A stretch of 64,000 nucleotides of DNA from Escherichia phage AV123. Under the pieces are notes generated by a model. The model was not told where the DNA came from. It saw only the letters and a program-made list of their open reading frames with translations, and made no database searches. The DNA lies in the sequence record OR352953.1. The stretch is one strand, 5' to 3'. The position numbers and the translations under genes are program-made. Numbering within the stretch: position 1 is the first letter of the stretch; each line of letters begins with the position of its first letter. Below, one piece after another: positions 1 to 9,282 of the stretch.

Positions 1-582
1 ATAATACTCCTCAAACAGTTTAGTAAATGTTTTTACATCAACTACAAACCGATCTTTCCTATATGGAGAATTCTTATGTGCACCATTAATACCACTATTT
101 TCATCGAAGAAAGTAATGTTTTCTTCAGTTGAATACATTAGATAATGATCTGCATTTTTCCAATGTGGTTGTGGACAATGAGGATTACAAACGGAAAGCA
201 AGTAATTAATATTTTCCTCCGTGGCCTCAGTATCCAGGAAACACGTATTATGCACAGTCAGTTGTACTTTTTCAGCCATATCTTTTTCTTTATCCTCTTT
301 AGCAAGATATTCAGTACGAATAATCTCCAGAAAACCTTCAGGTGTTACTTCCATAAATGTATATTCAGGATGAAGCTCCATATATTCAAATCCACAACCA
401 TCTAATTGCTGTAGAAAGTTAGGGTAGAAGAACAAGTCATTAACACTGTGAATCAGATCATTGATTTCTGCTTCGGTTGTGTAACCAAAACTCTTGTGAA
501 TTGCTTCGTTAAGAATATGCAGGATACCCATCTCTTCTGCTGCTTTTTTAACTTCCAGTTTATTAGCGTAAAATGCAATCAT
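1..582 (-). CDS. hypothetical protein, partial (C-terminus beyond window start)
   Basis: ATG at 580-582 with AAGGAG RBS; minus-strand frame open for 194 codons to position 1. Confidence 0.55.
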   Translation of the reverse strand, partial: MIAFYANKLEVKKAAEEMGILHILNEAIHKSFGYTTEAEINDLIHSVNDLFFYPNFLQQLDGCGFEYMELHPEYTFMEVTPEGFLEIIRTEYLAKEDKEKDMAEKVQLTVHNTCFLDTEATEENINYLLSVCNPHCPQPHWKNADHYLMYSTEENITFFDENSGINGAHKNSPYRKDRFVVDVKTFTKLFEEYY

Positions 583-599
583 TATGTTCTCCTTCTAAA

Positions 600-1034
600 T
601 TAGTTTAAAATTTCTTTTGCAATGGTAGAAGCAAGTTTTCCATCATATTGATTCGGATACTCTGCTTTAAGGTGTTTCATCATATCTGGCATTTTCTTGC
701 CTGTCAAGGCAAATTCTTCAGCAATAGCTCGAAGATCATCTTCAGATAGCATTTCTGGCAAATATTTTTCCAGAGTGGTGATATCACGCATAGCTCGCTC
801 ACACTTGCTAATGGAGGCATTAACTTTCTTAAGTGAGTCTAGTTCCTCTTTAGCATGTGCAATACCAATCTTAACAATGTTAATCATAATATCGTCTTCT
901 GATTTATTCAGATTTGCCTTTTGAGTACGAGCAAGGTCAAACTCACCAATAATATTAGTTAACAAAGCAAAAGCACCCTTATCGGTTGTACGTGCTAAGA
1001 TACGATCTGCTTTCATTTGTGTCACAATAGACAT
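600..1034 (-). CDS. GatB/YqeY-domain protein
   Basis: 144 aa ORF; YLP..LSE and DGK..S motifs recalled from YqeY/GatB C-terminal domain proteins. Confidence 0.5.
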   Translation of the reverse strand: MSIVTQMKADRILARTTDKGAFALLTNIIGEFDLARTQKANLNKSEDDIMINIVKIGIAHAKEELDSLKKVNASISKCERAMRDITTLEKYLPEMLSEDDLRAIAEEFALTGKKMPDMMKHLKAEYPNQYDGKLASTIAKEILN

Positions 1035-1046
1035 TCTATTCTCCTC

Positions 1047-1619
1047 TTATTTGCTAATGCTTTGAATCTTATTTACAACACGGTTTATTGCCAGTGAAGC
1101 CCTAGGCTCCGCAATACCTGTTGCATAGATATAAGGATGACCTTTTGGAGACTCCCTCATACCGAATGAACCTAATTCTAAACCATATTCATCCTCTACG
1201 TCAACCCCAATATTAGTGGGTACTAAATATGTTTTAACTCCATAATAAGTAGAGAAGAAACAGCGCATAGAGTTAGCATACTCTTCAATTGTAGCATCAG
1301 GGTAGAACTCAATCAACTCCAATTTCAAGAAAATATTAAAATGGGTATCATCTAAATTTTCTTCTGTGCGGTAACATGGTGTTAGTGCCATATAAGGATT
1401 ACCTGCTGCAAATTCAAAACCATCCTTCTCCATTTGCAGGAAAGATTGTTCTGCACTAGCTACATAGTATTTACCGTTAGGATGCCCTAATGGGCGATCC
1501 TCTTTATTTTCTGGTAGTGTGTACGCCAGTATATCAGCATCCACGAGATATGGAACTTCCAACATTTGTGCAAACCGACCATAGTAATCAATAGCTTGAG
1601 CTATTACTGCAACATTCAT
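1047..1619 (-). CDS. class II aminoacyl-tRNA synthetase-like catalytic core protein (truncated paralog)
   Basis: 190 aa; CYRTEE...HFNIFLKLELIEFY resembles class IIb aaRS motif 2 (FRNE..H..EFT.lEfY); no anticodon-binding domain. Confidence 0.4.
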   Translation of the reverse strand: MNVAVIAQAIDYYGRFAQMLEVPYLVDADILAYTLPENKEDRPLGHPNGKYYVASAEQSFLQMEKDGFEFAAGNPYMALTPCYRTEENLDDTHFNIFLKLELIEFYPDATIEEYANSMRCFFSTYYGVKTYLVPTNIGVDVEDEYGLELGSFGMRESPKGHPYIYATGIAEPRASLAINRVVNKIQSISK

Positions 1620-1867
1620 GATCGACCTCCATTGCGGAATGCACGTTTAGTAATGTTCGACATAGTGATCAAATCTTGAAGCGTCATATCAGGAAAATGC
1701 TGTTCAAGAACACCTTCAACAGCGCCTACAATATCTGATAACTCAATAAGTTGCATCAGCTTGCAATCTTGATCAATAGCATCCTGAAGTTCATAAAGCT
1801 CTTCTTGAATTTTAGCAATAGAACCATATTCCTCTTTGCTAATCTCCTTCAAATGATACCCTGCCAC
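1616..1867 (-). CDS. small acidic helical protein, possibly MazG-like NTP pyrophosphohydrolase
   Basis: 83 aa; EE..E..D helical motif; stop/start overlap with neighbour. Confidence 0.35.
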   Translation of the reverse strand: MAGYHLKEISKEEYGSIAKIQEELYELQDAIDQDCKLMQLIELSDIVGAVEGVLEQHFPDMTLQDLITMSNITKRAFRNGGRS

Positions 1868-1877
1868 TTTAACCCCC

Positions 1878-3614
1878 TTAGTTTACCAGTTTATTTATGT
1901 CTGGTAAAAGATTTATTTCACCTAAAAAATCACCTTCACCTTCCTCTAGCCAACTCTCATATGCTTGTGCATGATTATAGTTACCATCAAAAGAATCTGC
2001 AACAAATTTTTCTACAGTTTTTCGAGATGTGCCAGCGCCAAATACACCAAGTTTAATACCATTGATCGGTAAAGTGGTACTTGTGGGTACTTTCTCTGTT
2101 GCAACACGGTTGATATCTATAATCTCCTGTACGGTTGTGTTCCATTGTAAGCATTTAACACAACGGGTATGCGCTACATACAGTAGGTTTCGCTCTGCCT
2201 CTTCCAGTCCTACCCATTCACCAGTCTTTTTATCATAGTTGGAAGGAAAATCATTAGCAACAATAACCTGATCCCACTCCAAACCTTTAGACTTGTGTGC
2301 TGTAGTCAGTGTGACTTTTGCTGTAGGAGAATTTCTATGCGTTCTAAGTGTATGTGCTATAGTGTTTGCCTTACCAGAAACTACGATGTTTAACAAGCGT
2401 TTAGCATCTGGATCAGCCTCTGCACACTCAACAAATTCATCCCAGTCTGCGTAAGGTAATACAGTTTCATGTTTTACTTTCTCAATATCTCCTCTACGAA
2501 GAGCATTAACACTATCTACCATAGAGATAAAATCCCTGGTATCTACGTTAATAATAATTTCTTCCCCATCTGCAATACGATCCATTGCCTCCATAAGCAA
2601 GGTTAAATTCTTGCGAAAGATGATAGTGTAAGGTTTTGTATAGTCTACAACATCTGATTTGTAGCTACCTACTACAGTATCAAAGCCTTTACCAACCAAA
2701 GGATGACGCAAAGGTTCTTTATCGCTTAAAATCATATTGGCAATGTTTGCCACTTTGGGGCCAAAACGGAAGCAAGCAGTTAATGGAAGCTCTGCCCCAT
2801 ATGTAGAGGTTTCCTTCATCATATTTTGGCTTCCACGGAACTGGTAGATGCTCTGATATTCGTCACCCACCACTACTACTTGTTTTGCAGATTTAGCATT
2901 TCGCAGAATAGACAAGAATGCAGGGTTAACATCCTGGAATTCATCCCCAAAAATAATGTCATAACCAAGATCAGCACCAGACAATTCAAACAATTTTACA
3001 TAGGTGTCATGCGTCATCAAAGTATCTGTATTAGGATCAATGCGCTCTCGCCACAATTGTTTTGCATACTTAACTACTTCTGTAATTAGTTTGTGTTCGT
3101 TAATACCTTTTCTTTTAATATCTGCAAGATGTACACCAGGAAAATGTTTACGGCTGATAAAAGGATCATCCGAAAATTCAAACTTACCTACGGTTTGCTT
3201 GATCATTAAACCAATCATAGCACGAGTTAAAAGTGTTTTCCCTCGCTTATCAATAAGATTATTAATCTTAAATTTCTTTGCTATTTCACTACCTGTACCT
3301 GCAACGTTAACATACTGTCCTTCTGGTCGTGACAGTTTTGCACGTAAACGATGATCCAGGAATTGATAGCAAATAGAATGCAATGTACGGCATTCTACAT
3401 TTAGTGGCATCTTACGTCGTGCTTCTTCTGCCATGCTTTTATTGAAAGCTAAGTAAAGAATGCGATCTTCTGTACTGTTAGCCAGCAAATAAAGTGTTGA
3501 CGTTTTGCCTGATCCAGATTTAGCTTGGATAGTTAAAAAGCGATGGTCTGGAAAAGCCTCCTTAATAGCTGTTTGCTCTTCTGTTGGAGTGAAGCTCAAC
3601 TCTTTCTTAGCCAT
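1878..3614 (-). CDS. UvrD/Rep-like SF1 DNA helicase
   Basis: Walker A AKSGSGKTST, DEFQD, VVVVGDEYQSIYQFRG; start reset to ATG 3612-3614 with GAGAGG RBS. Confidence 0.8.
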   Translation of the reverse strand: MAKKELSFTPTEEQTAIKEAFPDHRFLTIQAKSGSGKTSTLYLLANSTEDRILYLAFNKSMAEEARRKMPLNVECRTLHSICYQFLDHRLRAKLSRPEGQYVNVAGTGSEIAKKFKINNLIDKRGKTLLTRAMIGLMIKQTVGKFEFSDDPFISRKHFPGVHLADIKRKGINEHKLITEVVKYAKQLWRERIDPNTDTLMTHDTYVKLFELSGADLGYDIIFGDEFQDVNPAFLSILRNAKSAKQVVVVGDEYQSIYQFRGSQNMMKETSTYGAELPLTACFRFGPKVANIANMILSDKEPLRHPLVGKGFDTVVGSYKSDVVDYTKPYTIIFRKNLTLLMEAMDRIADGEEIIINVDTRDFISMVDSVNALRRGDIEKVKHETVLPYADWDEFVECAEADPDAKRLLNIVVSGKANTIAHTLRTHRNSPTAKVTLTTAHKSKGLEWDQVIVANDFPSNYDKKTGEWVGLEEAERNLLYVAHTRCVKCLQWNTTVQEIIDINRVATEKVPTSTTLPINGIKLGVFGAGTSRKTVEKFVADSFDGNYNHAQAYESWLEEGEGDFLGEINLLPDINKLVN

Positions 3615-3615
3615 T

Positions 3616-4092
3616 TCAACCTCTCTTAATTTGTTTAACAAGCATAGGAACAAAATCTCGTTTTAAAATTTGTTCAATAATATGATCAGGTAGCTGTTGG
3701 AAATTATAATTAAAAGCTACTGTCTCACCTTTAGGTGTTTCTACCCGCACATATAACATGTTACGAAGTTTATCCACTTGTGCTGTATATTCTAAACCAT
3801 GTAATTGATGCATTGCAAACATCAAATCATCAGTTTCAGTTTGTAATCTATCATTTGCTTGCATCAAGGACAAGGTAAAAGGTAGATTTTCCCTAAGAGC
3901 CACCTTCTTAGGAACTAGTGAAGGAAAATACTCACCAATAACTTCCTGTGTAAGCTGGATACACTCTTTTTCAAGTTGGTTTTGTTCCTTAAGTTCACAA
4001 ACACTTTTTTGTAAAGTGTTAACCTCTTTTTGCAAAGCTGCTAGTTGAGCACTTAACTTTCTTTTTTGATTACGACCAAAACGTTTAGACAT
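3616..4092 (-). CDS. hypothetical protein (coiled-coil N-terminus)
   Basis: 158 aa ORF tightly packed between neighbours. Confidence 0.55.
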   Translation of the reverse strand: MSKRFGRNQKRKLSAQLAALQKEVNTLQKSVCELKEQNQLEKECIQLTQEVIGEYFPSLVPKKVALRENLPFTLSLMQANDRLQTETDDLMFAMHQLHGLEYTAQVDKLRNMLYVRVETPKGETVAFNYNFQQLPDHIIEQILKRDFVPMLVKQIKRG

Positions 4093-4100
4093 ATTTCCCC

Positions 4101-4616
4101 CTAGTAAAACCCTTTAACAATCTGTATTAACTCGGCACAACGGTTGACCAACTTTTCCTCATACAATACACGTTGTGGCATATGTTGTATAATATACTCC
4201 ATTTGCTCATGCCATGTCCACTTTTCTTTTTTGTCTGGGATAACATCACTAGCACGAGAATTATCTTTTAATGTTTGTATAATCCAATTGCTTGGAAAGT
4301 GCTCTCCACCTTTCTTAAATGGTTTATAGTGGCCTAGAGTAAATTGAGAATCCCCTGTTAGAGCACCCAATTTATTTAGATGGATAATCAAACTACGAAA
4401 CACATAGTATTCATAGATGTTATCCACCGTATAGCAAGCATAATATTTCAAGATGCCCTTATCTCGCGGATACTTACCAACATCCAGATTGCACCAGTTG
4501 ACATTTTCTGGATCATAGTGGTGTTCCTTAAGCCATATTTCTCTTTCATCAAAGTCTGGATATATTACCGCTCTGCTTACAGAGTCAACAAGTGGAGATT
4601 GAGCATCAAAAAACAT
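4101..4616 (-). CDS. hypothetical protein
   Basis: 171 aa ORF. Confidence 0.55.
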   Translation of the reverse strand: MFFDAQSPLVDSVSRAVIYPDFDEREIWLKEHHYDPENVNWCNLDVGKYPRDKGILKYYACYTVDNIYEYYVFRSLIIHLNKLGALTGDSQFTLGHYKPFKKGGEHFPSNWIIQTLKDNSRASDVIPDKKEKWTWHEQMEYIIQHMPQRVLYEEKLVNRCAELIQIVKGFY

Positions 4617-4637
4617 TATATTTTCCTTATTGGTTTG

Positions 4638-5003
4638 TTAAACGTTTTCTAAATCTTTTAAGGCATTACCCAACGTTAGAACAATAACATCATTTGCTGC
4701 CTCTTCCCCATTGATATTGGTGAAATTTGGTGTTACAAAAGTAACCATATAAAACTCGTCCACCTGGAAGATAGCAATAACACCATCCATCTTAACATCT
4801 TGACGAAAGGAAAAACCAATCATCTTCTCTTGCAAAGGCATATCCCCTTCCTTCATTACTGCCAGGGAGTCTTCAGGAATGTTATATTTATCTGCTCCGA
4901 TGTAGATGTATGTAATGTTATCTTTATCGTGATGATACAGGGTTGCTTTTTCCATATCTAAACCTGACAGATCAAATACGTTAATTTCTTGTGTAGTCTT
5001 CAT
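4638..5003 (-). CDS. hypothetical protein
   Basis: start reset to ATG 5001-5003 (GGGAGGA RBS); track N-extension overlaps upstream gene. Confidence 0.55.
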   Translation of the reverse strand: MKTTQEINVFDLSGLDMEKATLYHHDKDNITYIYIGADKYNIPEDSLAVMKEGDMPLQEKMIGFSFRQDVKMDGVIAIFQVDEFYMVTFVTPNFTNINGEEAANDVIVLTLGNALKDLENV

Positions 5004-5367
5004 AAATATCCTCCCAAATCCAATAATCATCTGTGTAAGTAGGATGCCTTTTATCCCACTCTGTTCTAGCCCAAGCAACCGCTGCTACCAACACATCACC
5101 ATGACAAGGTTGAGGTGCGCAGAAGCAAACTAAGTCTTTCCCTTCTAATTCTAACAAATCCTCAAGAGTGATTTTACCACAACGAATTTGTTCCCACAAC
5201 CACTCTTTATATCTTTGTATAGTTGACCCTCGTGGTTCATCATCCTTTAACTTAAAAGGATTTGCAAACTTTGAGGCTTTTAACCCCATATGAGGCATAG
5301 CTCTGCCAATGTAAACTGCACCTTCAGGTATTACTTTACCTAAGTGGTAAAAATTTAATACTTTCAT
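4981..5367 (-). CDS. DUF4326-family protein
   Basis: YIGR...NPF...C.C.P.PCHGDVL motifs; start reset to ATG 5365-5367. Confidence 0.5.
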   Translation of the reverse strand: MKVLNFYHLGKVIPEGAVYIGRAMPHMGLKASKFANPFKLKDDEPRGSTIQRYKEWLWEQIRCGKITLEDLLELEGKDLVCFCAPQPCHGDVLVAAVAWARTEWDKRHPTYTDDYWIWEDIYEDYTRN

Positions 5368-5368
5368 A

Positions 5369-5719
5369 TTAACCCAAACACATCTGTGCAATCAAGCCCT
5401 GTATAAATTTATTAGCTTCTTTACTGTCGTAGTCAGTCTCTTCTGGATATCCATCTTCATCGTACACAACTGTACCTTCAATATACCCTGCCTCAATTAA
5501 GGCGCGGATCATATCAAATTGCCAGCATGAGTTACCAAATGGACGTTTACCATTAAAACACTCTTCTTCTCTCCATAACGTAGAGAGTAGTTGTCGGAAA
5601 TATTCCCGTACAGTGACAGTACCAAGATCTGAATCCTCAAACATAACATCCAAGGCATCAGGATTGCTTTTCTCTACATAAGGAATATATTTAACACCAT
5701 TAATAGTTACATCAAGCAT
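5369..5719 (-). CDS. hypothetical protein
   Basis: 116 aa ORF. Confidence 0.5.
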   Translation of the reverse strand: MLDVTINGVKYIPYVEKSNPDALDVMFEDSDLGTVTVREYFRQLLSTLWREEECFNGKRPFGNSCWQFDMIRALIEAGYIEGTVVYDEDGYPEETDYDSKEANKFIQGLIAQMCLG

Positions 5720-6082
5720 TTATTTCTCCTTATCATCATATTCTAGGAACATATCTGCACGATATGCTTTACGCTCTTCAAACTTAGCAGGATCTACAAC
5801 AATAAGCAATACAAGGTTAACATCTAAATACTTCTTAACAAATAGAAATAAATCTTTTCCACAGTTAAAACCTACACCAGTATAGGCATCCCCATATTGA
5901 TCTACTGATTTAATCTTCTTACTAACCGTACACTCTATGCTATTCTTTTCTTCTTGGTATAAGGCTTTCCCACCCCAATATGTAAAGAATTTAGTACCGT
6001 CAGCACCAAGTTTAAAACCCTCTGTTGCATGTCCCGCAAATGAAAGTAAACATAACCAAGTGATCATCAGGTACTTTAGCAT
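5720..6082 (-). CDS. secreted protein with N-terminal signal peptide
   Basis: MLKYLMITWLCLLSFAGHA signal-like N-terminus; ATG 6080-6082 with GGGTGG RBS. Confidence 0.55.
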   Translation of the reverse strand: MLKYLMITWLCLLSFAGHATEGFKLGADGTKFFTYWGGKALYQEEKNSIECTVSKKIKSVDQYGDAYTGVGFNCGKDLFLFVKKYLDVNLVLLIVVDPAKFEERKAYRADMFLEYDDKEK

Positions 6083-6083
6083 T

Positions 6084-6566
6084 TTAACCACCCAATTGTA
6101 AATGTTTAGAAAGAACAATATCCCATTGATCACCACAGCCGTTATCTATGCGGAACATAATGTACGTATCATCTTCTTCTACGACATATAATACCTCATA
6201 GGAATTACAACAACCTTCCCAATTTTTAACAGCCTCTGGTGTATCATGTGTAAGAATTTCATTACCATCGTATGACCAAAACAAAGGGGTAAGGTTTTCG
6301 AAGGTCAGTGAAGTAGGGTTTACTTCATCTTTAACTGCTTCCTCATATTCTTTATGCGTTTGTACTGCTTTAGTTAGTGTACTCATGTCTATCTCCTTTT
6401 CTCCTTCTTGACTATGGAGGATAGCGAACTCTCTAAACTCCACTTCACGCCATGTTTTTAGGTAGTGCTTTATAATTTTATCAACATCTGCCTGTTCAAC
6501 ATTACTTTTCAAGCAATAGTAATCATGGTCTTCGCCCATTCTACCCCATATGCTATACCTTGTCAT
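6084..6566 (-). CDS. hypothetical protein
   Basis: 160 aa ORF. Confidence 0.5.
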   Translation of the reverse strand: MTRYSIWGRMGEDHDYYCLKSNVEQADVDKIIKHYLKTWREVEFREFAILHSQEGEKEIDMSTLTKAVQTHKEYEEAVKDEVNPTSLTFENLTPLFWSYDGNEILTHDTPEAVKNWEGCCNSYEVLYVVEEDDTYIMFRIDNGCGDQWDIVLSKHLQLGG

Positions 6567-6834
6567 CTGATTGATCCTTTACATTGCTCTTGGTATACAC
6601 AGGAATAACATCGTGTTGATCTTTATTACTTTCATCTGTTAAAGCCCAAAACAACTTACCTGCTGGATGTTTAAAGATGTAGGCAATAGGTTCCTCTTCC
6701 TGTGCTTCTTTGCTACGGATACCATCCCGCCAGGCAAGCCAAGTGTAGATCATCACTTCTTGACGTTCTTCTTCGTTAGGCCACATATGTGGTGGGAAGG
6801 TTTTATCAAACCATTGCTTAAATTCTTCGGTCAT
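6553..6834 (-). CDS. hypothetical protein
   Basis: 93 aa ORF. Confidence 0.5.
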   Translation of the reverse strand: MTEEFKQWFDKTFPPHMWPNEEERQEVMIYTWLAWRDGIRSKEAQEEEPIAYIFKHPAGKLFWALTDESNKDQHDVIPVYTKSNVKDQSDDKV

Positions 6835-6844
6835 AATCTACTCC

Positions 6845-7009
6845 TTAACGTACAAAGTTAACCTCTGCTTCTTTCAGCTTTGACACTTCTACATAACCAC
6901 CATGATCATCTTTAATCCATTCTTTTCCTTTACGGATGATAACAGGGTAGGTAGAGTGAGTAAGTTTAGGTACAGATCTTTTTGTTTTAGTGATAGAAAT
7001 GTTTTGCAT
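6845..7009 (-). CDS. small hypothetical protein (54 aa)
   Basis: hand-translated ORF below track threshold; AGGAG RBS 6 nt upstream of ATG 7007-7009. Confidence 0.45.
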   Translation of the reverse strand: MQNISITKTKRSVPKLTHSTYPVIIRKGKEWIKDDHGGYVEVSKLKEAEVNFVR

Positions 7010-7069
7010 AATAATCTCCTTAGTAAACTTTACATAGAGTCTAGATTATTTAGTAGATAGAGTCAATAA

Positions 7070-7336
7070 CTAATTACTGTTAGATCTGTATTCTGTCTTC
7101 CATTCACAATGGTAAACTTCAACAGGTTCTAACTTCCAGTGTTCAGGAACTAGTTCAGGACAATATCTACAAAAGAGAAATAGATAGATAACTAAGACAG
7201 GTATTAAATAGTAAAATGGTATACGATCATAACCATACTTACGAGATAACATGTAGACATATAGATATGGTATAACAATTAAACCTATAACTATAAGTAA
7301 GAAGAGAAGTATAAACCTTAGTGTAGTAACATCCAT
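7070..7336 (-). CDS. small membrane protein
   Basis: 88 aa, two hydrophobic segments. Confidence 0.5.
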   Translation of the reverse strand: MDVTTLRFILLFLLIVIGLIVIPYLYVYMLSRKYGYDRIPFYYLIPVLVIYLFLFCRYCPELVPEHWKLEPVEVYHCEWKTEYRSNSN

Positions 7337-7414
7337 AGTATTCTCCTATACAGTAATATACTCTGTTCCTGCCCCTCCATGAGTGACAGGAACAATATCT
7401 ATAGAGAATACTAA

Positions 7415-7468
7415 CTCGCTTCGCTCGTCACCTTTCAGGTTTAGGGTAGCATGTTTTTCTGAAAAAGT
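7415..7468 (+). other. conserved intergenic element, copy 1 (CTCGCT-CGCTCG...TTAGGGTAGCATGTTTTT..GAAAAAGT)
   Basis: second copy at 34586-34638 with an 18-nt identical core; hairpin immediately upstream in both copies. Confidence 0.5.
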
Positions 7469-7500
7469 CAATACTCTCCACAAAACTTTACAAAATACTT

Positions 7501-7773
7501 TTACATAGGTACAACAGAATCTGTTTTGAAGTCGTACATATGATTTACACCTGTGATTTTTGACATAGAGATTGCACGTTTAGCACCTGCAATTACCTGG
7601 TCTGTCTTCTTAATCTCTTCACGGAACTTACGTACAGTTAAAGAGAAGAAACGATGATCCATCCATTGACGATTCACACGATCACGCTTGAAGTGACGGA
7701 AATCTTCAATCTGCTTATTGCGCAATCGGCGCAGTACATGCAATAGTTGATAGTAAGGGTGTTTATTTTTCAT
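7501..7773 (-). CDS. hypothetical basic protein
   Basis: 90 aa ORF. Confidence 0.5.
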   Translation of the reverse strand: MKNKHPYYQLLHVLRRLRNKQIEDFRHFKRDRVNRQWMDHRFFSLTVRKFREEIKKTDQVIAGAKRAISMSKITGVNHMYDFKTDSVVPM

Positions 7774-7776
7774 AAA

Positions 7777-8205
7777 TTATTCTCCAAATCGAAAATCGTC
7801 AATATCATCAAACCATACACAATGGCGAGTCCTTTCTTTTTCTGTTGCAGACATTGTTTCAACAGCTTTAGGACTAAGCACAACAGGAGTGTAACGAATA
7901 GGTCGTTCATAATAGTAGCCATACTTTTCTGTATTAGCTGCCTCAAAGACTTTACGGCGTTCTTCAAGATCTTCTATGGTGAATCCTACCATATAACCAT
8001 CATGTTTGCTACCCCATCCTTCCTCACTTTCAACAATCGGGATATAAAAGCCGTTACGCGTCCCTGACACTGGTTTTTCTTGAGCCTGAAGGCAAGCCTC
8101 CCATCCTGCTTTAAAGACGTTATAGAGCGATTTACGCACGTTATGAGTGCCGCTTTCGCTTGCTGGATAGAGTTCATTAAATTTGTCTTGAATTTGTTGT
8201 GTCAT
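7777..8205 (-). CDS. hypothetical protein
   Basis: 142 aa ORF. Confidence 0.5.
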   Translation of the reverse strand: MTQQIQDKFNELYPASESGTHNVRKSLYNVFKAGWEACLQAQEKPVSGTRNGFYIPIVESEEGWGSKHDGYMVGFTIEDLEERRKVFEAANTEKYGYYYERPIRYTPVVLSPKAVETMSATEKERTRHCVWFDDIDDFRFGE

Positions 8206-8348
8206 ACTCGCCCCTTAGTGATTATTTGACCAGCTAAACAAATAGCTTGTAGTACAATAAAGAAGTAGCCTAATTTTACACTACCTAATACCCAGAATGC
8301 AATGTTTGCAAACAAACAGAAAGCAATATTAAGTTTAAAGAATAACAT

Positions 8349-8549
8349 TTAATCCCCTTCATATTTAGGTAAAGGCATATATGCCACAATAGGAGGGTAA
8401 TCAAAGTGAAAATGATGGTTCACCACAATAATCTTACCAGACATACTTTTATGCACTTCACAATACCCTTTTTCACCATCTTCCATTACCACCACATACT
8501 CACCTAGTGGGATATCGTATGGATCTTCTACTTTTACCCATCCTGTCAT
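8349..8549 (-). CDS. hypothetical protein
   Basis: 66 aa ORF; ATG overlaps stop of upstream small ORF. Confidence 0.45.
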   Translation of the reverse strand: MTGWVKVEDPYDIPLGEYVVVMEDGEKGYCEVHKSMSGKIIVVNHHFHFDYPPIVAYMPLPKYEGD

Positions 8550-8698
8550 TTTGTAAACTCCTCATAGTAAGGTAAAGCCTTGATCAGTTGTTCTGAAGTG
8601 CCATTTTGCACCCACGTAACACCATTGTCAACAGAAACATACCCTTTTTTGTCAATAAATTTACGCAGACAACCAGTGAACTTATTTTTGTAGATCAT
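8546..8698 (-). CDS. small hypothetical protein (50 aa)
   Basis: hand-translated; stop/start overlap with neighbours on both sides. Confidence 0.4.
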   Translation of the reverse strand: MIYKNKFTGCLRKFIDKKGYVSVDNGVTWVQNGTSEQLIKALPYYEEFTK

Positions 8699-8862
8699 TT
8701 CTTCTTTCCTTTTTTGATTACAGCCCCATCACTTCCTTGCCAAACTTCCGCTCTAAATTCCATCTCAAACCACTCACCACCGCAAAAACGGCTGTGTTCA
8801 ACACGTCTATCTTCCTTCATTGCTTCTTTAGCTTCGATAGAAGTTAGTTCGATGTTTTGCAT
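8695..8862 (-). CDS. small hypothetical protein
   Basis: start reset to ATG 8860-8862 with AAAGGAG RBS; first gene of minus block. Confidence 0.45.
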   Translation of the reverse strand: MQNIELTSIEAKEAMKEDRRVEHSRFCGGEWFEMEFRAEVWQGSDGAVIKKGKKK

Positions 8863-8893
8863 TTGCTTTTCTCCTTTCATTTGGTATGCGCTA

Positions 8894-8921
8894 ATCTTAA
8901 CAAAATAAAAATGTATGTCAA
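8894..8921 (-). promoter_or_regulatory. sigma70-like promoter for the minus-strand block
   Basis: minus strand TTGACA-16-TAAGAT upstream of 8862 gene in the divergent region. Confidence 0.45.
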
Positions 8922-8980
8922 TACTTGATTTGAAATTAGTTTCTGGTACTCTGTGTGTATCGTAACAAAAGAGGTTAGAT

Positions 8981-9271
8981 ATGAACATCACACTAGCAAC
9001 TAAGAATATTACAGAAACTTTCGATGGTTTTGGCATTATTATTGCTGTTCATGGGCATAACGAAAAATGGTTAGCCTCTTTTGAAGAGGACAAAGAACGC
9101 AATGTACGTTTGAATGCACCAATCAAAGTTTTACACCAGGTAGGTGAGAATAAGAAACAATGGAGATCATACAAAGAGTGGAACATTACAAACGAATTAA
9201 TACACAAACTTGACAAAGTGCTAAACATGTTCGACAATGCACCAAGCAGTGCAAAACGTGTTTTACTATAA
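8981..9271 (+). CDS. hypothetical protein
   Basis: 96 aa; AGAGG RBS. Confidence 0.55.
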   Translation: MNITLATKNITETFDGFGIIIAVHGHNEKWLASFEEDKERNVRLNAPIKVLHQVGENKKQWRSYKEWNITNELIHKLDKVLNMFDNAPSSAKRVLL

Positions 9272-9282
9272 AGGAGAGTGAT

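Noticed and set aside
697-924. Antisense or overlapping track ORFs (for example 697-924, 1751-2056, 3004-3354, 12121-12531, 12639-13007, 16562-16978, 21158-21400, 36938-37198, 41375-41629, 46337-46648, 48494-48775, 50474-50749, 57944-58147, 63409-63765)
   Set aside because: Each lies wholly inside a longer, motif-supported gene on the opposite strand or in another frame, lacks an RBS, and has low-complexity or stop-codon-shadow composition.
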